From Lophium mytilinum (lineage: Eukaryota), in NCBI GenBank assembly GCA_010093605.1, contig MU004187.1:930001-994000 (forward strand): a stretch of DNA of 64,000 nt. Direction: 5' to 3'. A program made the position numbers and the translations under genes. The stretch's first letter is position 1; every line of letters begins with the position of its first letter. This document shows, piece by piece, positions 62,821-64,000 of the stretch. The notes under the pieces were generated by a model that did no database searches, had not been told where the DNA came from, and saw nothing but the letters and a program-made list of their open reading frames with translations.

Positions 62821-64000
62821 ATGGCATTTTAGAGGGATGGAGCGGCATTGTTACTCGTTGATGGGTTGATTGTTATGGAGTTTTGCTGTACAGCGTTTTG
62901 ATAGATGCATTTTATGATAATGAAGCCCATGTGGCGAGAGGTTCTGATGCCAATACGAAGATGCTGCCGTGCCCCCTGTCGTGGAATTCTCCGGGTGTTT
63001 GCAATTGGTGCAAGGGGAATAGGTCGCTGGGTGATCGATGCTCGTGGGCCTCGTATCGCGAACGTCAGACCTGCATCTCATCATCGATTCTGCGCCTGGA
63101 AGTCCTGCGGTGATGGTCGGATTCATCAGGCAAACTTCTAAAAGCACCCAATTCCCCCAGCCTATGCTGCATATCGGAGATTCTAGCCAACAATGCAAGA
63201 CACTCTTCCCTTCGCATGCCATACTGCTCCTTGACCGCACTTCAGGACTCTAGCCCCTAATATATCGTACTGTTTAAGGAGTTTCAGTTCTCATATCTCT
63301 GAGTTCCTTATGGGAGCTTAAATTTCGGTCATCGGGACCTCTATTAACCTCCCATTCCCAACGTCGGGTGGAAACCGATGGTTTCTGAGAGACACGTTTT
63401 GAAGCCGATTTCATCAGGGCAATTCCTCCCCTCAGCACGTCCCCATGTTGGTTGATAGTTAGATAAAACGAGGCCATCGCCTTTAGAGTCGTGAAGATTT
63501 TTGCTCCCACACCCTACAACGCTGGTGGGCTTCCTGGCGGTGTTGGTGAGCCACGCCGAGGGTACCCAGGTACCCAGAACGCAGATTCAACTCCACATCA
63601 GAGTGAATATGCTTGGAGAATTGTTTCCAGAGAAGGTAGATCGTCAGTTTGGTTTTGTAGTTGAGATGAAGTCCATGGGCTCGCCTTCTCATTGGGTGGA
63701 AGGGGCGGGTTTGCGTCGCTTCCTTTCCTTCAGATCATCATTTCCATCACACCGTCATCTAGAATGCTTCTTCTAGGACTCTGTCCACTCAAGAAGACCT
63801 CAGCTTGATATGCTGACCAAGTCCCACGATGATCCGATCCCTGCTGCCCCTTTTCCCACGGCTGTCGCTCGAGGCTGATGTCAACACCTCCGCCAAGCCC
63901 GCACCTCCTCGAAGCCTCCACCTCCACCATCATCGAAGCCCATCTCGATCTGAACACCTTGACCTCTAGGAGGCCTTCTACCGAATATAACGGATGATTT

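Overview
Eukaryotic window from a filamentous ascomycete (Pezizomycotina-type): short GT-AG introns with CTRAC branch points and clear repeat-induced point mutation (RIP). Bases ~480-11060 are an AT-rich, RIP-mutated transposon nest. It holds a full-length Ty3/Gypsy chromovirus (175-bp LTRs, CTATA target-site duplication) inside an older repeat, plus the 3' end of a second chromovirus. Bases 11.1-45.5 kb are gene-dense: a polyamine oxidase pseudogene, NCS1 permease, DUF3431 protein, MFS transporter, GNAT acetyltransferase, RPS19 with a 5-nt microexon, ERD2-like receptor, F-box protein, a pristine 338-bp MITE, Myb-like factor, malic enzyme and an intronless orphan gene. A ~1.5-kb non-coding locus at 38.5-40.0 kb has structured islands, an Sm-like site and overlapping antisense intron signals, and is the best candidate for an unannotated RNA. 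Bases 45.5-60.3 kb are mostly decayed ORFs and local duplications, one carrying a clean RIP signature. The window ends with proline dehydrogenase. All calls were made by eye; no database search or folding program was run.
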